A stretch of 63,802 bases of DNA, counting the filler, from Reticulomyxa filosa (Eukaryota > Protista > Foraminifera), in assembly GCA_000512085.1 (NCBI GenBank). It is 22 parts of 22 records of this genome, joined end to end, with 100 filler letters (N's around TTAATTAATTAA, not from the genome) between each part and the next. Parts side by side here need not be neighbours in the genome. Positions count along the whole stretch, not along the records: positions 23,793 to 26,792 come from ASPP01018043.1; positions 26,893 to 29,750 come from ASPP01048029.1; positions 29,851 to 32,034 come from ASPP01025705.1; positions 32,135 to 37,175 come from ASPP01019432.1; positions 37,276 to 38,700 come from ASPP01032682.1; 17 more parts are not named here. The stretch is one strand, 5' to 3'. A program made the position numbers and the translations under genes. Of this stretch, positions 24,871 through 38,200 are shown one piece after another (the first letter of the stretch is position 1; each line of letters begins with the position of its first letter). The notes beneath the pieces were generated by a model. The model saw only the letters and a program-made list of their open reading frames with translations, had not been told where the DNA came from and made no database searches.

Positions 24871-26397
24871 TCAGGATTTGTCCCCTGTATAATACCAGAC
24901 TTGAAGCCAGCCCAAATCTTTCCCCAGCCATTTGAACAAGCGTTCATTCCAAGGCTTGTAATAACTTGCCATTTGGACTAGTTCTTGATCACTTGGCTGA
25001 TAATAAATGGAAGAAGGGCCGACGTTCAAGTGCAGCTTTTTTTCTTTTTTTTCGTCACTGATTTGTGACATTTCCTTACTACTAATGTCTAAAAAATGGC
25101 ACAATTCGGACCATACTTTATCAATGTTGTTTTTTATATCCTCAAAATCGATCACAAGAATATTGTCACGGCCAAACTGTGCTTCAAACCGTTCCAAATG
25201 CTCTATGTACCTTCCCATCTTTTTTGAAAATTTATTTGTCGATATTGTCTATTGTTTTTCATTCGATCCAAAAAAAAAGAAAAAACTTACCTGGGACAGC
25301 ACTGACATATCACCATTAGGAGCAATTCGAGCCCATTCCGGAATAAAATTGCATTTGTACCAATTCATTTTGTCTTTTTTTTTTTGTGTACTTTATGAAT
25401 TCATTTTGGAAAAAAAAAAAAATTAAATGAAGGGAGCATCGACCTAGTTTTTGAAATAACGAAGCAATATGCTCTCCGTTGCTGAACATAAACGCATCAA
25501 AGCACGTGTGAAAAGGTATTGGACACGATAAGGTACGTACACCGAAGCACCTTCATCTGCGTAGAAATCATCCAAGCCAGCACTCGTACCCCAATATTGT
25601 GCTCTCGTACAAAATGCAAACCAACTCACATTCTGTTCGACAGGCTCACGAATTGACACAATAAACTTCAGCTTCAAATGTTCATTGTTTTTAGATCGAT
25701 GGTGATAATACTCCGTTAGTCTCGCAAATAACTTGCACGTATACACACTACTGACAAGATACAATGGAGTGGAGTCCATTATAATTGGAGGACGTCCATA
25801 TCTCCATTGGCAGTACCAATACGAAAATATTGTCGGAAAACACATTCTATAAAAAAATGGATGGATACAGCCTCCAAAGTAATCTCCAATCATATAATAG
25901 CACTCTTTTCCACTCAATTCCGGCATCAACAATGGAGTGAAAGGTCCTTTTACAAATGGCAAATCAAGCAAATAATGAGATAGTGTCGTTGTCGCACAAC
26001 GAGTACCTCCTAACATGATTACGTTAGGATACACGCGCATCCACACTGTTAACAAACGCCAAAGTATAGATAATGGATACACGAGTTTACTGATATGGTA
26101 ATATACACGCAACCATCGCCATAATTTGCATCCTTTTGGCCATTCCCGGTGAAATACGTGGTGAACATAAGACGTCGTTAGAAATATTGAAAATATCACA
26201 CAGATCACTAGTAACAATAATGACGCTTGAAAAAGAATTGAGCTGTACCATCTTGGATCCAAACTCTTTACCACATATTGAAATAATACAAACCACAACA
26301 AACCCCGAAAGTCTGTAAATAGTCCGTTTCTTACATACCACCAGTTTATGTCTCCAATACAAATTTCAAATTTTTCCCGAAGCCAGGCGAAACACAT
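24871..26397 (-). CDS. Membrane-anchored PAPS-dependent sulfotransferase, 3 exons, one apparent frameshift
   Basis: 5'-PSB-like VIMLGGTRCATTTL, KECYY, 3'-PB-like IVSIREPVEQNVSWF, and C-terminal GRYIEHLERF...ILVIDFEDI...LCHFL...YYKPWNERL. Introns 25443-25374 and 25290-25219. A frame change is needed near 25510-25550. Confidence 0.8.
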
Positions 26398-26893
26398 TGT
26401 TACTTATTTCAATTTTTTTCTAAAAGGACCCTTGGCAAACTTCAGGAGTCAAACAAGGGCAAGAGATAAATCAATGGAGTCTAAAAAGATTATTTTAAGC
26501 TACATAATTGTCGGCTGGAACAAATGAATCGGGCGCTCTAGTACATATTCTTATTTTTGGTTTGAAATGCTTAAATGAAAAAGAAACGTACTGATTGCAA
26601 CTTTCAAAATAAAGAAAAAATAAAAAATGTTGTTCCTAAAATAAGAAATCCAATTGATTATACAAATTTTAAATGTTTGCTGATTTTTTAATTAAGAATT
26701 GTATTCTAGTATTTTTTTAAGAAGTGTATCCGAAGATCAAAAAATATCCCTTTCCTAGTCCGAAAGAGATTAAAAATAAAAAAAAAAAAAATNNNNNNNN
26801 NNNNNNNNNNNNNNNNNNNNNNNNNNNNNNNNNNNNTTAATTAATTAANNNNNNNNNNNNNNNNNNNNNNNNNNNNNNNNNNNNNNNNNNNNT

Positions 26894-27372
26894 GATAAAA
26901 CCATTCGAATATGGGATATTGGAACAACCAAACAATGCAATGTATTCAAAGGACATACAGATAATGTGATGAGTGTAAAATATGGATCAAATGAATTATT
27001 AAATACAATATTATCTGGATCAAATGATAAAAGTGTCCGTTTGCGGGATATTCGATCTGGTCAACAAATTCAAGTATTTAATGGACATACAAGGCAAGTA
27101 TGGTCTGTTGAATATTCACTATTTGTGATAAAGAATAGTATTGGTAATTCAAACGTGATATGTTCTGGATCACTGGATAATACAATTAGTTTTTGGGATA
27201 TTCGATCAAATAAAAATGAATTGTAATAATTAAAGGAGATTATAAAGAAGATAATGAAATTTTGTGCCTTAAATGTATTAGACCAAAAAAGAAAGATAAG
27301 ACAAAGAATGTCACATATGATTTGAATTTGTGTTATTGTTCAAATAATGGTCCCATTTGTATTTGGGGATAA
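26894..27372 (+). pseudogene. WD40 gene C-terminal part with premature stop
   Basis: DKTIRIWD...GHTDNVMSVKY...SGSLDNTISFWDIRSNKNEL*IIKGD...GPICIWG*. In-frame TAA at 27224-27226, where the paralogue at 29444-29750 has Tyr. Confidence 0.85.
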
Positions 27373-27699
27373 TTTACTTTTTGTAGAAAAGAAGTTAAAG
27401 TGTTTTTGGTTGAAAATTTTAATTAAAAGAAAAGTAAGATTATATTAAATTTGTTTGATTTAATTGAATGCAAGCATTTGACAATGTGTTCTATCTTATT
27501 TTGTTGTTTAAAAAAATTTAAAAAGCTGCGTTCAATGTCTTTTAAAGCATAATTAATGAAAATTGTATCAAAATAGTAAAATAAATTGCAATACTAACTT
27601 TTTAGATTGTTTTTGTATAGTATCAAACACGCAAAACAAGATAAAGTTAAAAGGTGCATTATCAAAACAACATTTTCTCCAGCAATCCAAATCCAACAT

Positions 27700-27840
27700 G
27701 TATGTCCTTTGCACACTTGAATTTGCCGATCATATCGAATATCCACAGACAAAGATTGAAATCATCTAATCCGGATAACATTGTATTTTTTAATTCATTT
27801 GATCCATATTTTAGACCCAAAGTGAATGGTTTTATCCTGT
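27700..27840 (-). pseudogene. Short WD40 remnant
   Basis: LKYGSNELKNTMLSGLDDFNLCLWIFD matches VKYGSNELLNTILSGSND of the neighbouring copy on the opposite strand. Confidence 0.65.
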
Positions 27841-28729
27841 GGTGAAGAGCAAGTGATTTTCGATTATACAGTAGAATGCAAAGTAAAGTTGACACCTAAA
27901 ATGCACCTTAGAGATAATTGATTTTCTACATGAAAAAACAACATTCAGACCTAATTTTTTAAAAAATATCTACAAATCGTGTACCTTTTAAATATCATTT
28001 TGTTTTTTTATTACATCTTTCCTAATTGTTTAAAAAATTTGAATATTTTATTGATTTTTGAAAATTTTCAAGAAAAAGTTGACAGCCGTGCCTACATCGT
28101 AAACATGAAACTTGCCAACTTTTTTTTAAGCATTTTCAGAAAGTCCTCAATGCGTAGATATTTGTAAAAAAAAAGAGTAGTTTTCTACGTTGCGTAGTTT
28201 TTGAGAAGAAAAATAAACATTTAATCTTAATTTTTCAAATATTATAGTTTTTAAATATAATTTTTTTTGTGTTTGATCCTTTTTTTTTTAATTTTTGGTT
28301 GTTATTTTAAAGTTTGTCTTGAAATTATTTTATTGCAGCGACAAATAAAAAAACTAAAGTTAAAAGATAGTTATGTTAATGTAAGCTTTTAAATTAAAAT
28401 GGATATTTTAAATTATTGTAAGAAACGATATTTTTTTTGATAAAACAAAGATAAATTGTGTGGAAGCGATTGAAACAAATAACTTTAAAATTATCAAACT
28501 AAGCCTTAAAAGTTAATGTCAAAAAATCAAAGTTTGGTAAAGGTAGCATCATAATTTGGTTTGTACTTCTATTTTCAATGACTGAGACAGTTTTGTTTGG
28601 TTCAATTACTTCCGTTTAGTGGTTATGCTTCAACAAAGAGTTATTTTAATTACAAATTGCAAATATCCAAGAGTTATAATTCATTTAAAATTATGTTTAA
28701 AACTACGATAAAAAAAAGATGTGAAAACG

Positions 28730-29200
28730 CTACTTTCCTGTTGTAATATGCCATATTTGGATTGTATTATCAAGTGAATGTCCTTTGAATAATTTCAGTG
28801 TTTCTCCAGACTCTGCATTCCAAAGGTTAATTGTTTTATCGTGTGATGATGACACTATCATTTCACTATCTGATGAAAATTGAGTACTCAATACATTTTG
28901 TGAATGTTTCAATAATTTTTTGATTTTTATTCCAGAATGTATATCCCATAATCATGTTGTATTATCTTGCAACTTGGTACAATATATTTTCCATCTGGAG
29001 AAAATTTTACATCCCATATCCTATTGTTATCACTTTTCAATTTCACACTTCAGCCCTGTATTGACATCCCATCCATCTCCTGAGTATGAAACAACAGTAT
29101 TTCTATCTAATGAAAATCTCGCAGCAAAGACTTGATCAGTATGTCTTCTAAAAATTTGATGCTGTTTTCCCGATTAGCATCCCATACTCGAACACATTGA
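28730..29200 (-). pseudogene. Decayed WD40 gene (FSPDG subfamily)
   Basis: HTDQVFAARFSLDRNTVVSYSGD and HSQNVLSTQFSSDSEMIVSSSHDKTINLWNAESGETLKLFKGHS, with frameshifts and deletions. Confidence 0.75.
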
Positions 29201-29443
29201 GATTGAAAGGGAGATTTTTTATTTTTGATCATTTGTGTTAATGTTACCGAACTATGAAGAAGTTTATATTTAATTTTGAAATACTTTATTTAGCTAACAT
29301 TGATAATTCTATTTGAAAGAAAAATAATTTTCAAAATTACTAGCTATGAATTGGATATATAAAACGATTTGTATTTTTAAAACAAATTTCGTTCAATTCA
29401 TAAATATTGCAGTAATTTAAAAAACTTTATTCTATACATCCAC

Positions 29444-29750
29444 TCAACAGACATTAATTAGACCTTTACATGAACCATAAAATAAATTGACATCGTAATC
29501 ACCACTCAATTTTTGTCTATTGTTTTTTAATTTCTTTTTTAATGATATAAATTTAAGACATATTATTCCATTGTCCTCTTTATCTCCTTCAATTAAATAT
29601 AATTCTTTCTTATTTGATCGAATATCCCAAAAACGGATTGTATTATCATCTGATGCAGAACATATCACATTTGAACAACTACCAGAAATTTCACTACTGT
29701 TCTTTATTACAAATGGTGAATATTCAACAGTATTTACCATATTTGAATGC
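29444..29750 (-). pseudogene. WD40 gene C-terminal fragment
   Basis: HSNMVNTVEYSPF...VICSASDDNTIRFWDIRSNKKELY...LFYGSCKGLINVC*. Truncated by the contig end; could be an intact gene tail. Confidence 0.7.
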
Positions 29751-31732
29751 NNNNNNNNNNNNNNNNNNNNNNNNNNNNNNNNNNNNNNNNNNNNTTAATT
29801 AATTAANNNNNNNNNNNNNNNNNNNNNNNNNNNNNNNNNNNNNNNNNNNNTTTTTTTTTTTTTTGGTTTTGGAAAGGATGCTCAAGATAAATATTTTTAT
29901 TCTCAGTTTGATCACCGTGCCTTCTCTTAACTTTTTCCTGTCCCATCAGTCTATTTTTTAGTATGTATTTTTATTTCTTTCGGTTTATACTGTTGTTTTG
30001 TTTGTTTCACAACTTGACCCAACTCCTAACACCAATACGCGAGCTGTTTCTGCAGTACTATTGTTGTCTGCTTTGTTCAAGTGTTTGTGGATGATAGCCT
30101 TACTGTTTATATGAGACACTGTCCTTGTATGATGATATTTTCGTTGCATTTATGCAATTGGCTCTATTTCTTTATAGTAATGAGTTGGGGATTATAGTCA
30201 AAGTATATATGATTATTTTTTTAAAAAAACCCGTCCTGGATGTGCAAAAAATTATTTGGGTCGTAATTATCATTGTGTATTACTTAAAATATTTTCTTCT
30301 TTAAGACAAAATTTTTATAATTCGATATTTCGTGAAACATTGCACAAGCACTGACGCTACAGTATAAATTAATTAGTCATAGTAATACAAATTATAAACA
30401 TTGAAGTTAATTCAAAATAAAATGAAATAAAAGCATAAACACAACGAAACATCTTTGCCAGAATTCAAATCCTTGCAAACGAAAATTCGAAAAACAACAC
30501 ATCACATAATGAACAACTAAACATAAATGATAGTGAGCTCTAGATTTCACAATAAAATATCTTAAAGCCACTTCACTATTTGGAGCAATGGCAATGAGAC
30601 AGATGAATCAAAGTATTAAATAAATCAAACAATCACAATCAATGGGTCCATTTCAAAGATAATTACAATAATCTGATTCACATTTGAAGATGTTGTGATA
30701 ATTGTTTTAGTGTGCTATTACTTTGTTGCAAGACAGAATTATCAATTGAATATGTCATTGTTAATCATTCATATATCAAAGTAACAATAACAAAAATCAT
30801 CAACATAATGGAACGAATTTTTCTATGTGTCCACAAGTTTAAATGTTTTTAAAAATTGTTTAGCGAGATTTTCAATCATCAATTGAATAAAAAAACATTC
30901 TTTCTTTATCAGGTCTTGTCTGAAATATTGTTGCAAACCTTAAACGAGTGACAGTTTTGCAAAAACTTTTTTTCTGAGTGAAAAAGAAAAAAAGGTTGAC
31001 AAAGCGTTGGTTTGAGTTACTACAAAACTGATACTTTTTACAATTTGTCTAAAATTAATATCAAAAAACGAATGACGACAATCAAAAAAACTTTTTTCAT
31101 TAAAACACAATTTCAATAAATGCAAATGATTGAAACAAATAACGATCGCAAAGATTAGTATAAATGATTGTTTTATTCCTTCCATCCAAACTTTCTTAAA
31201 GATTACTTTGCCTTTCAGTGTTCATATCTACGTTTTCATTTTTTTACTTAAGTCGATTTGCTTTTTTTTCCTAATCTTGAAAAATTACAGACTGAAAGAA
31301 AAAAGTATTGAAAAAAATTATTGGTCAAGTGGCATAAAGTTTTCTTTTAATCTTTTTTTATTCACCGAGTTCTACAAAAAGATTTATTATCAGTTTTTTA
31401 AAATTCTGACCGTTTCAAAGAAAACTCAAGCAGCCATGGTCAAAATTTAACCAAAATTAATGCATTCACAAAATAAATGAGAGAAACAAGAAAAGCGAAG
31501 AAGAAAGAGGTCGTGCCAGCAGGTACTTTATTGCATATTTAAAATGTCACCGGCCAAACTTATTTTTTTATTGCGTCTTTTTACTTGTCATGGCATACCT
31601 TCATCACTTTTATTTTCTGAAGCAATTATTTACAAAATTTTAATGTACACGCAACTCACGAAGTTTGGTCAGTGGCAGGGGCTTAGTTAGTTTATTTATT
31701 CTTATATTTGAAACTATATTTTTGGTAGAAAG

Positions 31733-31971
31733 ATGACCTCTGCTAAGAGGCAGCCATCAATTGGTATTGACTTGGGTACGACGTATTCGTGTGTAGGAAC
31801 ATGGAAAAATGGCACCGTGGAAATAATCCCAAACGACCTGGGAGAGCGAACAACGCCTTCTTACGTGTCTTTCAATGAAACGGAAAGACTGGTGGGAACA
31901 ACAGCTAAGAACCAAGCGTCAGGAAACACAATAAATACAGTATTCGATGCAAAGCGATTGATTGGGCGAAA
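31733..31971 (+). CDS. HSP70: Cytosolic-type Hsp70, first exon only
   Basis: [35 protein letters not shown] probable intron and the contig end follow. Confidence 0.93.
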
Positions 31972-32399
31972 GTTGAGGCAAAGAATGGAAAGAAGTGAAT
32001 AAAATTGATTTTTTTAATTTTTATTTATTTATTTNNNNNNNNNNNNNNNNNNNNNNNNNNNNNNNNNNNNNNNNNNNNTTAATTAATTAANNNNNNNNNN
32101 NNNNNNNNNNNNNNNNNNNNNNNNNNNNNNNNNNCTGGATTGATGGTTTTGGATCAATTGTATTGATCAATAATTATTCCATTACTTAACTCAAATCTTT
32201 GCATTCGTTTTGTCTAGTGCATACACTTTGACGAGGGCAATCAAGATATACCTCTTTTACATGATGCCTTGAGTTCTTTCTGTCACTTGATAGTGCTGAC
32301 AAAATGATCATTTTGTGGTTTCACTTAACAAATTTTGAATCAAAAAGTTTGTTCAAGATACTTAAAGACAAAATAGAATAAATATACATCATGTAGAAC

Positions 32400-33960
32400 A
32401 GGCATTTTCGGACATGTGCAAAGCAATTGAACTTTTCCAAAAAATAGGAAAGTCTATGCTATTAATTGGAGATTTAAATGCAAGAATGAAGCAGACAGTA
32501 GATACATGTACCATACTGGTGTAAGCTAGATATGTTCAGTGGTTTTGTACTAGAAGCATTGCATAAAATTGGCGAAGATAACGTATTATATATGACATAA
32601 CACAAACCAAGAATAATACTAAAAAAAATAAATGAAGAACAAACAAGAATTAGAAATAAAGCTGAAGTAATATAACAGCTAGTATACGCATACTAAAGTG
32701 AAAAACAAACAATATTGCAAGAGAAAATAGAAAAGATGCTAAGTAAAATAGAAACCGCAAATAAAAAACATGATATGCATTGCATGTACATAAAACTACA
32801 AAACAAATCTGATATTCACTTCATGATGAATCAGAAAGACTATATTAGAAAAATAGATATAATACATGGACACGACATTGATATTAGTAATGAAGCTGAA
32901 AAGATATTACTTAAGAAATATCAGAAGTGACTAAACAATTAGCAACACATAAAGTGATATTCTTTGATTGTATACTAAATAAATTTATAAAAATATTGTC
33001 AGAAAGATAACTAACTAAAATATCTAAATACAAGAGGGATTATAATAAAGTCATCAATATTATCACTACTGGACAAGATAATATTAAACAGAATAACACA
33101 TATCATAGAACAGGCCATACCTGAGATAAACGGATAAAGAGGAAAATCATAAATGTATAAAGATGAAATAGACAAGGATATGCTACAAGTTGCCTCCTTT
33201 TTACATTAACATTAATAAATCAAATATACAAACTGAATAATACCTGAATGAAGAAGATTTATGCAATCTAACATAAAATTTTAACAAAAATAATGTGAAC
33301 ATATATAATAACAAAATACATTTCAATGAGATCGATGATAGAGATACCACCCCTAAAAGCAAGTATGGAAAAGATGTTATACAAAATTATAAATGAAATG
33401 GATATGGTAAGAATTTACTACTAACTGAATATGAATACGTTAAGTAGAACATAAAAATTATACAGTAAAGGAAATATAGTATGTACTTAATAGACATATA
33501 CAAAACAATTGATAATATAATATGTTACAATTATGGGACATAGCATTAGCACAATGGAATAAGCAAATAAAAGATGTGATAATGTGCACAAAATATAAGA
33601 CAGATAAACAAAAGATACAAAGCTCGCAATCCTGCAGCTTAATAGTATGTATGACGGGATAATGAAGAAGTATCACGAAGGAGTCAACATACACAATAGA
33701 TTGTTGCTTTTGTAAAAGTAACAAAGTGAATCCATGTTTTAATTAGAATATAAACAAAAACGGAAAAATATAAAAGAAAATGAAAGATATACTTAGTGCA
33801 ACCAAGAATAACTTATGTAATGATAGAATGCATGATACTTGAAACATTAAGGCAGTAGATACTAAAAATAAAATAAGGATGACAATAAATTACAAACTTT
33901 CTTTCAAAAAGTGTTTGATAAAAGTATATATATAATAAAGATGATAATTGTAAAGAGTAT
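32400..33960 (+). mobile_element. Heavily decayed non-LTR (LINE-like) retrotransposon
   Basis: APE motif LLIGDLNAR (GDLNA 32468-32482), RT motif RQGYATSCLLFTL (from 33170) followed in frame by IYAI* (33257) where YADD is expected, and CCFC near 33700. A-rich sense strand with many stops. Boundaries approximate. Confidence 0.6.
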
Positions 33961-34379
33961 GTGAGAACTGCATTAAAGGAAAACAAAGTGATGTCACTAA
34001 TGAGACCAATGCATTCATCAACTCAATTTTTGCGGCACTGCCTTGCAGCTAAGTGGTTCGATAAGCAGAAATATTTCAAAATCTAAACTAGTGACATAAT
34101 CTGGTTCATAGATATGCATTTTGTGTGTCACAGTAACTGATCCCTTCAAAATTTTTATCTAATGCATATCCACAAATCGCACAATATGCAAGTTAAGTAT
34201 CTTTGAAGATTTCAGAAACATTGAATCGATTTTTAAGACGTACTATCTAGTTTTTTTTTTGAAGGGTTAAGTTTTTCGTAAAAAAAAAACTTAACTATTG
34301 AAGGATGGTCATGGTAATATCTTTTTTCTGTAAATTGTTTTTTCACCTAAAAAAAAAAACCTGTATTGCACCTGACGTA

Positions 34380-36970
34380 GACATCAGAAGAAAGCACAAG
34401 CAGGGAACAATCTGACAGCGAGACAATATTGAACGTTCAAATGGTCGACTTGAGACAATTGAACGAACTGTTTTACAATCCAGTGACGAAGCGAAGTGAT
34501 GTGAGACACGAATTGTTGGATGATGTGATATCGTGCAACAATGACTTTTTTTCAGTTTGCAGAAGCTGGCTGCTTTGCTTGTTAGTTAAAAACAAAAACA
34601 TAGCAACCATTATCGTTTTTTTTTTGATAATTCGATTCTTTGTGCATGATCTTGCTTGACAAAAACCGGAGCACCAAATACCAGTCGCCGTTCTTGCAAA
34701 ACGTCACCATGAGCAATTTGGCCTATCTATACGCGTTCCGTCTCTGGTTTGGGATGTCTCAAATCGACACAGGTTGCAATGGTACCATTGAAGGTGTGTG
34801 TACGCACATAACACCAATTTTGGCACATAAGTATTTCAAGCTGGAATGAACAAGATCACGTGGTAGACAACTGACCATGCCAAGAGTAGTTCCACATTGA
34901 CATTATTTTATCACAAAGACTATTTGCACTTCTGCCATTCCGAAATGCTGTCAAATTTGATGGCCCGACTCGATCATATCACGTTCAAGCATTCTACAAT
35001 TTTCATCATCGAACACCAAGTTTTTTATGTGGTAAATATGCACGTGAGTGTAAAAACCTTTTTGTCATTTGTTTACAAAATAAATAAAATTGTATGTATG
35101 CAATGAAAAAAAAAGGCTGTCGATGTGATCGCAAGTGTAAAACAAGTCGTTTGTCAAGTTTTTGCTACTACAAATTGGCAAAGCATGTGTGGTCGATGTT
35201 TCCATCTTGCAAACATCGTCCGATGCAAATCACAATAGCAACAAGTTGCTACATGATTTGAAACTCACGCCACGCGACATTAGCAGTATGCCCCAGCCAG
35301 ATGTGGACACCAAGCAAGGTACGTACTCGGTTGTCATCAAGTTAACGCCCGAATACATCTCCTCCATGGTGTTCGACAACTACTTTTATTGCAAAATGCA
35401 AGAGTTTGTTTGTCTGCAGCATCCCGAAAAATAACCATCTTGGAACAGCTGGATGTCTTGTCGCAATAGTCGCAGCGATGGTGAATACTGTCGACTCAAG
35501 TTCAATGCAGTCGTCGAGACATCAGCACTTTCAGCGCAAAAACGCATTTGAACAGACTACCAACGTGATCAATGAGGAAATGTATGAAGACGAAGACGAC
35601 GATGGCAATAACAATGATGAGGAAGAAGAATGTGAACACAGCGCTGACATCTTGTCAGTCAATACAATTCACGAAAAGCCAGTCATTCTCAATAAGATAC
35701 CCAAACTTTGTAGCGACACCACTACGAAATATACTAGATATAGTGTTGCTGCTGTTGCCACAAATATATATATATATATTTATATCTTCCACTTGCGTCC
35801 CCACTTCCACTGATGTTGCTTCTTTTATTATTCTATCTTCCTCCGCTGCAATGGCCAACAGCTACATGCATTACATTACAAATGCAAGTACAAACAACGA
35901 CACGTTGTATGCCAATCACTACCACTATTAATACTAGTAGTACTACAAGTATACATGTTACTTCTATTGTAAATGCAAGTCATATTTTGAATATGCATGC
36001 AAATGCAAACGCACGACCTCAATGTTACTAACAATGTGAATGCCAATAATGCAAATATCATAGCAAGTACTAATTCTATTGCTAATATCAATGTCAATAC
36101 AGCATAGCAGTAGAAGCTTCAGTGTGGTGAAAATAAGTTGCTGTATTATCATTGACACACTGACTATCGAGATTTGATTGGCCTGCAAAGTTTTCTGTAT
36201 GCGATCAACGATCATATACTGACAACGCCCAAATTTGCCCAGTCGAGCAAGCCCATCAAGTTCTAGATAGGACGCGTATCCAAGTATGACATGTTCAAAA
36301 CAACAACTCTTTGCACATGATGGACGCCTACATCATTCAATTCGACAGTTATACATCATGTCTTGTTTAGTATTGCAGAATGGTATTGTCGCATTAATAA
36401 CTATATACATTTTTAAAAATTAATTTATATTTTTTTTTTTTTTTACAAGTATGCAATGTAATGGGACGAACGCTATACGGATGCAATGTTTACAAAAGAG
36501 GCTGCGCTCACCCACTTGATACAGTACGATGATGTCGCACAAGTATTGACATATACTATCGATATCGACGCTGGCACCACCAATGTTGTTCATGTTAACA
36601 TTTTATTTTTTGCTTTCAAATTGCTTCTTCTTATTCGGTCCCAACAAATTGTTAATTGTTTCTTTTTATTTTCTATGGAATGATTATATTGACATTGGAC
36701 CGTATCGATGTGGATGATGTTTGTCTTATCTTGACTATGTGTTAGATCTGGTTAAACTGTGTTTTAGAAAGAAAAGTTGATCGAGTCACAAAAGCAAGAG
36801 ATGAAACCAATGACAAAATTAAAGAGCTGTTGCATCGGCTTATCATTGGAGATGACAAAAGTAGCGATGGCAACTATGACGTTGCTAACATGTCCTCTGT
36901 ACAAAAGCTCAAACTGAAAAAAATACATCAAATTACACGACATTTGGTCGCTGACAGTGAAAGACGATAC
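34380..36970 (+). pseudogene. Disrupted multi-exon gene of unknown family
   Basis: Higher-GC coding-like segments, GT-AG introns with A/T tracts and acidic and Asn tracts, but repeated stops and frame changes. No recognisable domain. Confidence 0.35.
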
Positions 36971-37299
36971 TAGAGTTAATTTTTTTTATATTATAATTGT
37001 ATTAATAATAATAAATTCATTCATTTATTAGTTTTTTCATTTGATATGACAATTGCAACATTATATAAAAGCCAAATCAAAGAAGGACAAAAAGAAATAA
37101 GACAATAACTAGAAGGACAGCCAAAAAAAGCAAATTAGAAAATTTTTGTCATAATATATACTGCATCAACACAAGNNNNNNNNNNNNNNNNNNNNNNNNN
37201 NNNNNNNNNNNNNNNNNNNTTAATTAATTAANNNNNNNNNNNNNNNNNNNNNNNNNNNNNNNNNNNNNNNNNNNNCAATTTGTTATTAATTTGCTCTTT

Positions 37300-38200
37300 A
37301 TGTCCCGAAAGCGCAAAATCGCAACGCGTGGACGTATACTAACTTCAAGTAGCGCCCCCTCCCGATGGAAAGTGTAGCAGTGGTGGCACGAAGTATTTCA
37401 AAGAACTTGTTTACCATCCAACGTAAACAGACACAAGTTTCTGTTGCTATGTCACGCCAACAATTAGCGGGAAAGATGGTGTCGAACTTCAAGCTACTGG
37501 TGCCAACGAACAAGCAATGGAAACTTGGTCGTAGTGAATGGAGCGTTAATTGTATCAACTCAGGACAACAACCGAAACTGGTTGTGTGCGTGCGCAAATG
37601 CGCAAATGTTGGGTTTTGAACCATGAGCGTGTTGATGGGAGAAATGGTAAGCTCACAAGGCAACATTGATCTTTGATAATTGGTGAATAGAGCGAGTTTG
37701 TTGCATTTTCTGGCTTCATCACTACAAGAGTCGTTTGTCTTGCGTTTGTGGGAACAAATGCATATTATCTTTACCAAAATGCATCCTGGATTGACTATTG
37801 ACCATTGGCGACGTGTTGGATGGCACTCAAGAAACCAATAAAGAAGAATAGCAGCGAATACGTCAAAAAATAAAAAATAAAAAAAAAATACAAATGGTAT
37901 CTTCCAGCATCGTATCGCCAAAACAAAAATTGGTAAATGGGCTAATGGTCGTCGTTGGAAATTCTCTAATCAATTACCATGCGTCAAGGTCAAAGTATGT
38001 CTCCTATCACAAGGATGACGAGAACGAATGAGTTCGGTATGCCATTGGAATCGTTACAAAAAGATTCTCACAGTTCAATCGCCGACAATCTGGGTCTTGG
38101 TGCTGTTCAAGAAGAAAGGAAAAAAATAAGCGTGATAATATCGCGCAAAATGAAAATGAAATGATATCGATATTGCGGTATCGAAACGACAGCAGGGACT
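37300..38200 (+). repeat. Decayed copy of an unrecognised repeated protein-coding unit
   Basis: ARSISKNLFTI, KLVVCVRKCANVGF (37575) and SIADNLGLGAV (38075) match motifs at 62039-62702 and 41025 (minus). Confidence 0.7.

Noticed and set aside
30082-30810. Minus-strand HYVDDF (30810) and GYHPQT (30099) as RT and integrase motifs of an LTR element
   Set aside because: Only two short motifs, far closer than in a real pol gene, with no supporting flanking similarity. A frameshift-aware profile search would be needed.
31300-31732. Heat-shock elements upstream of HSP70
   Set aside because: No convincing array of alternating nGAAn units found by eye.
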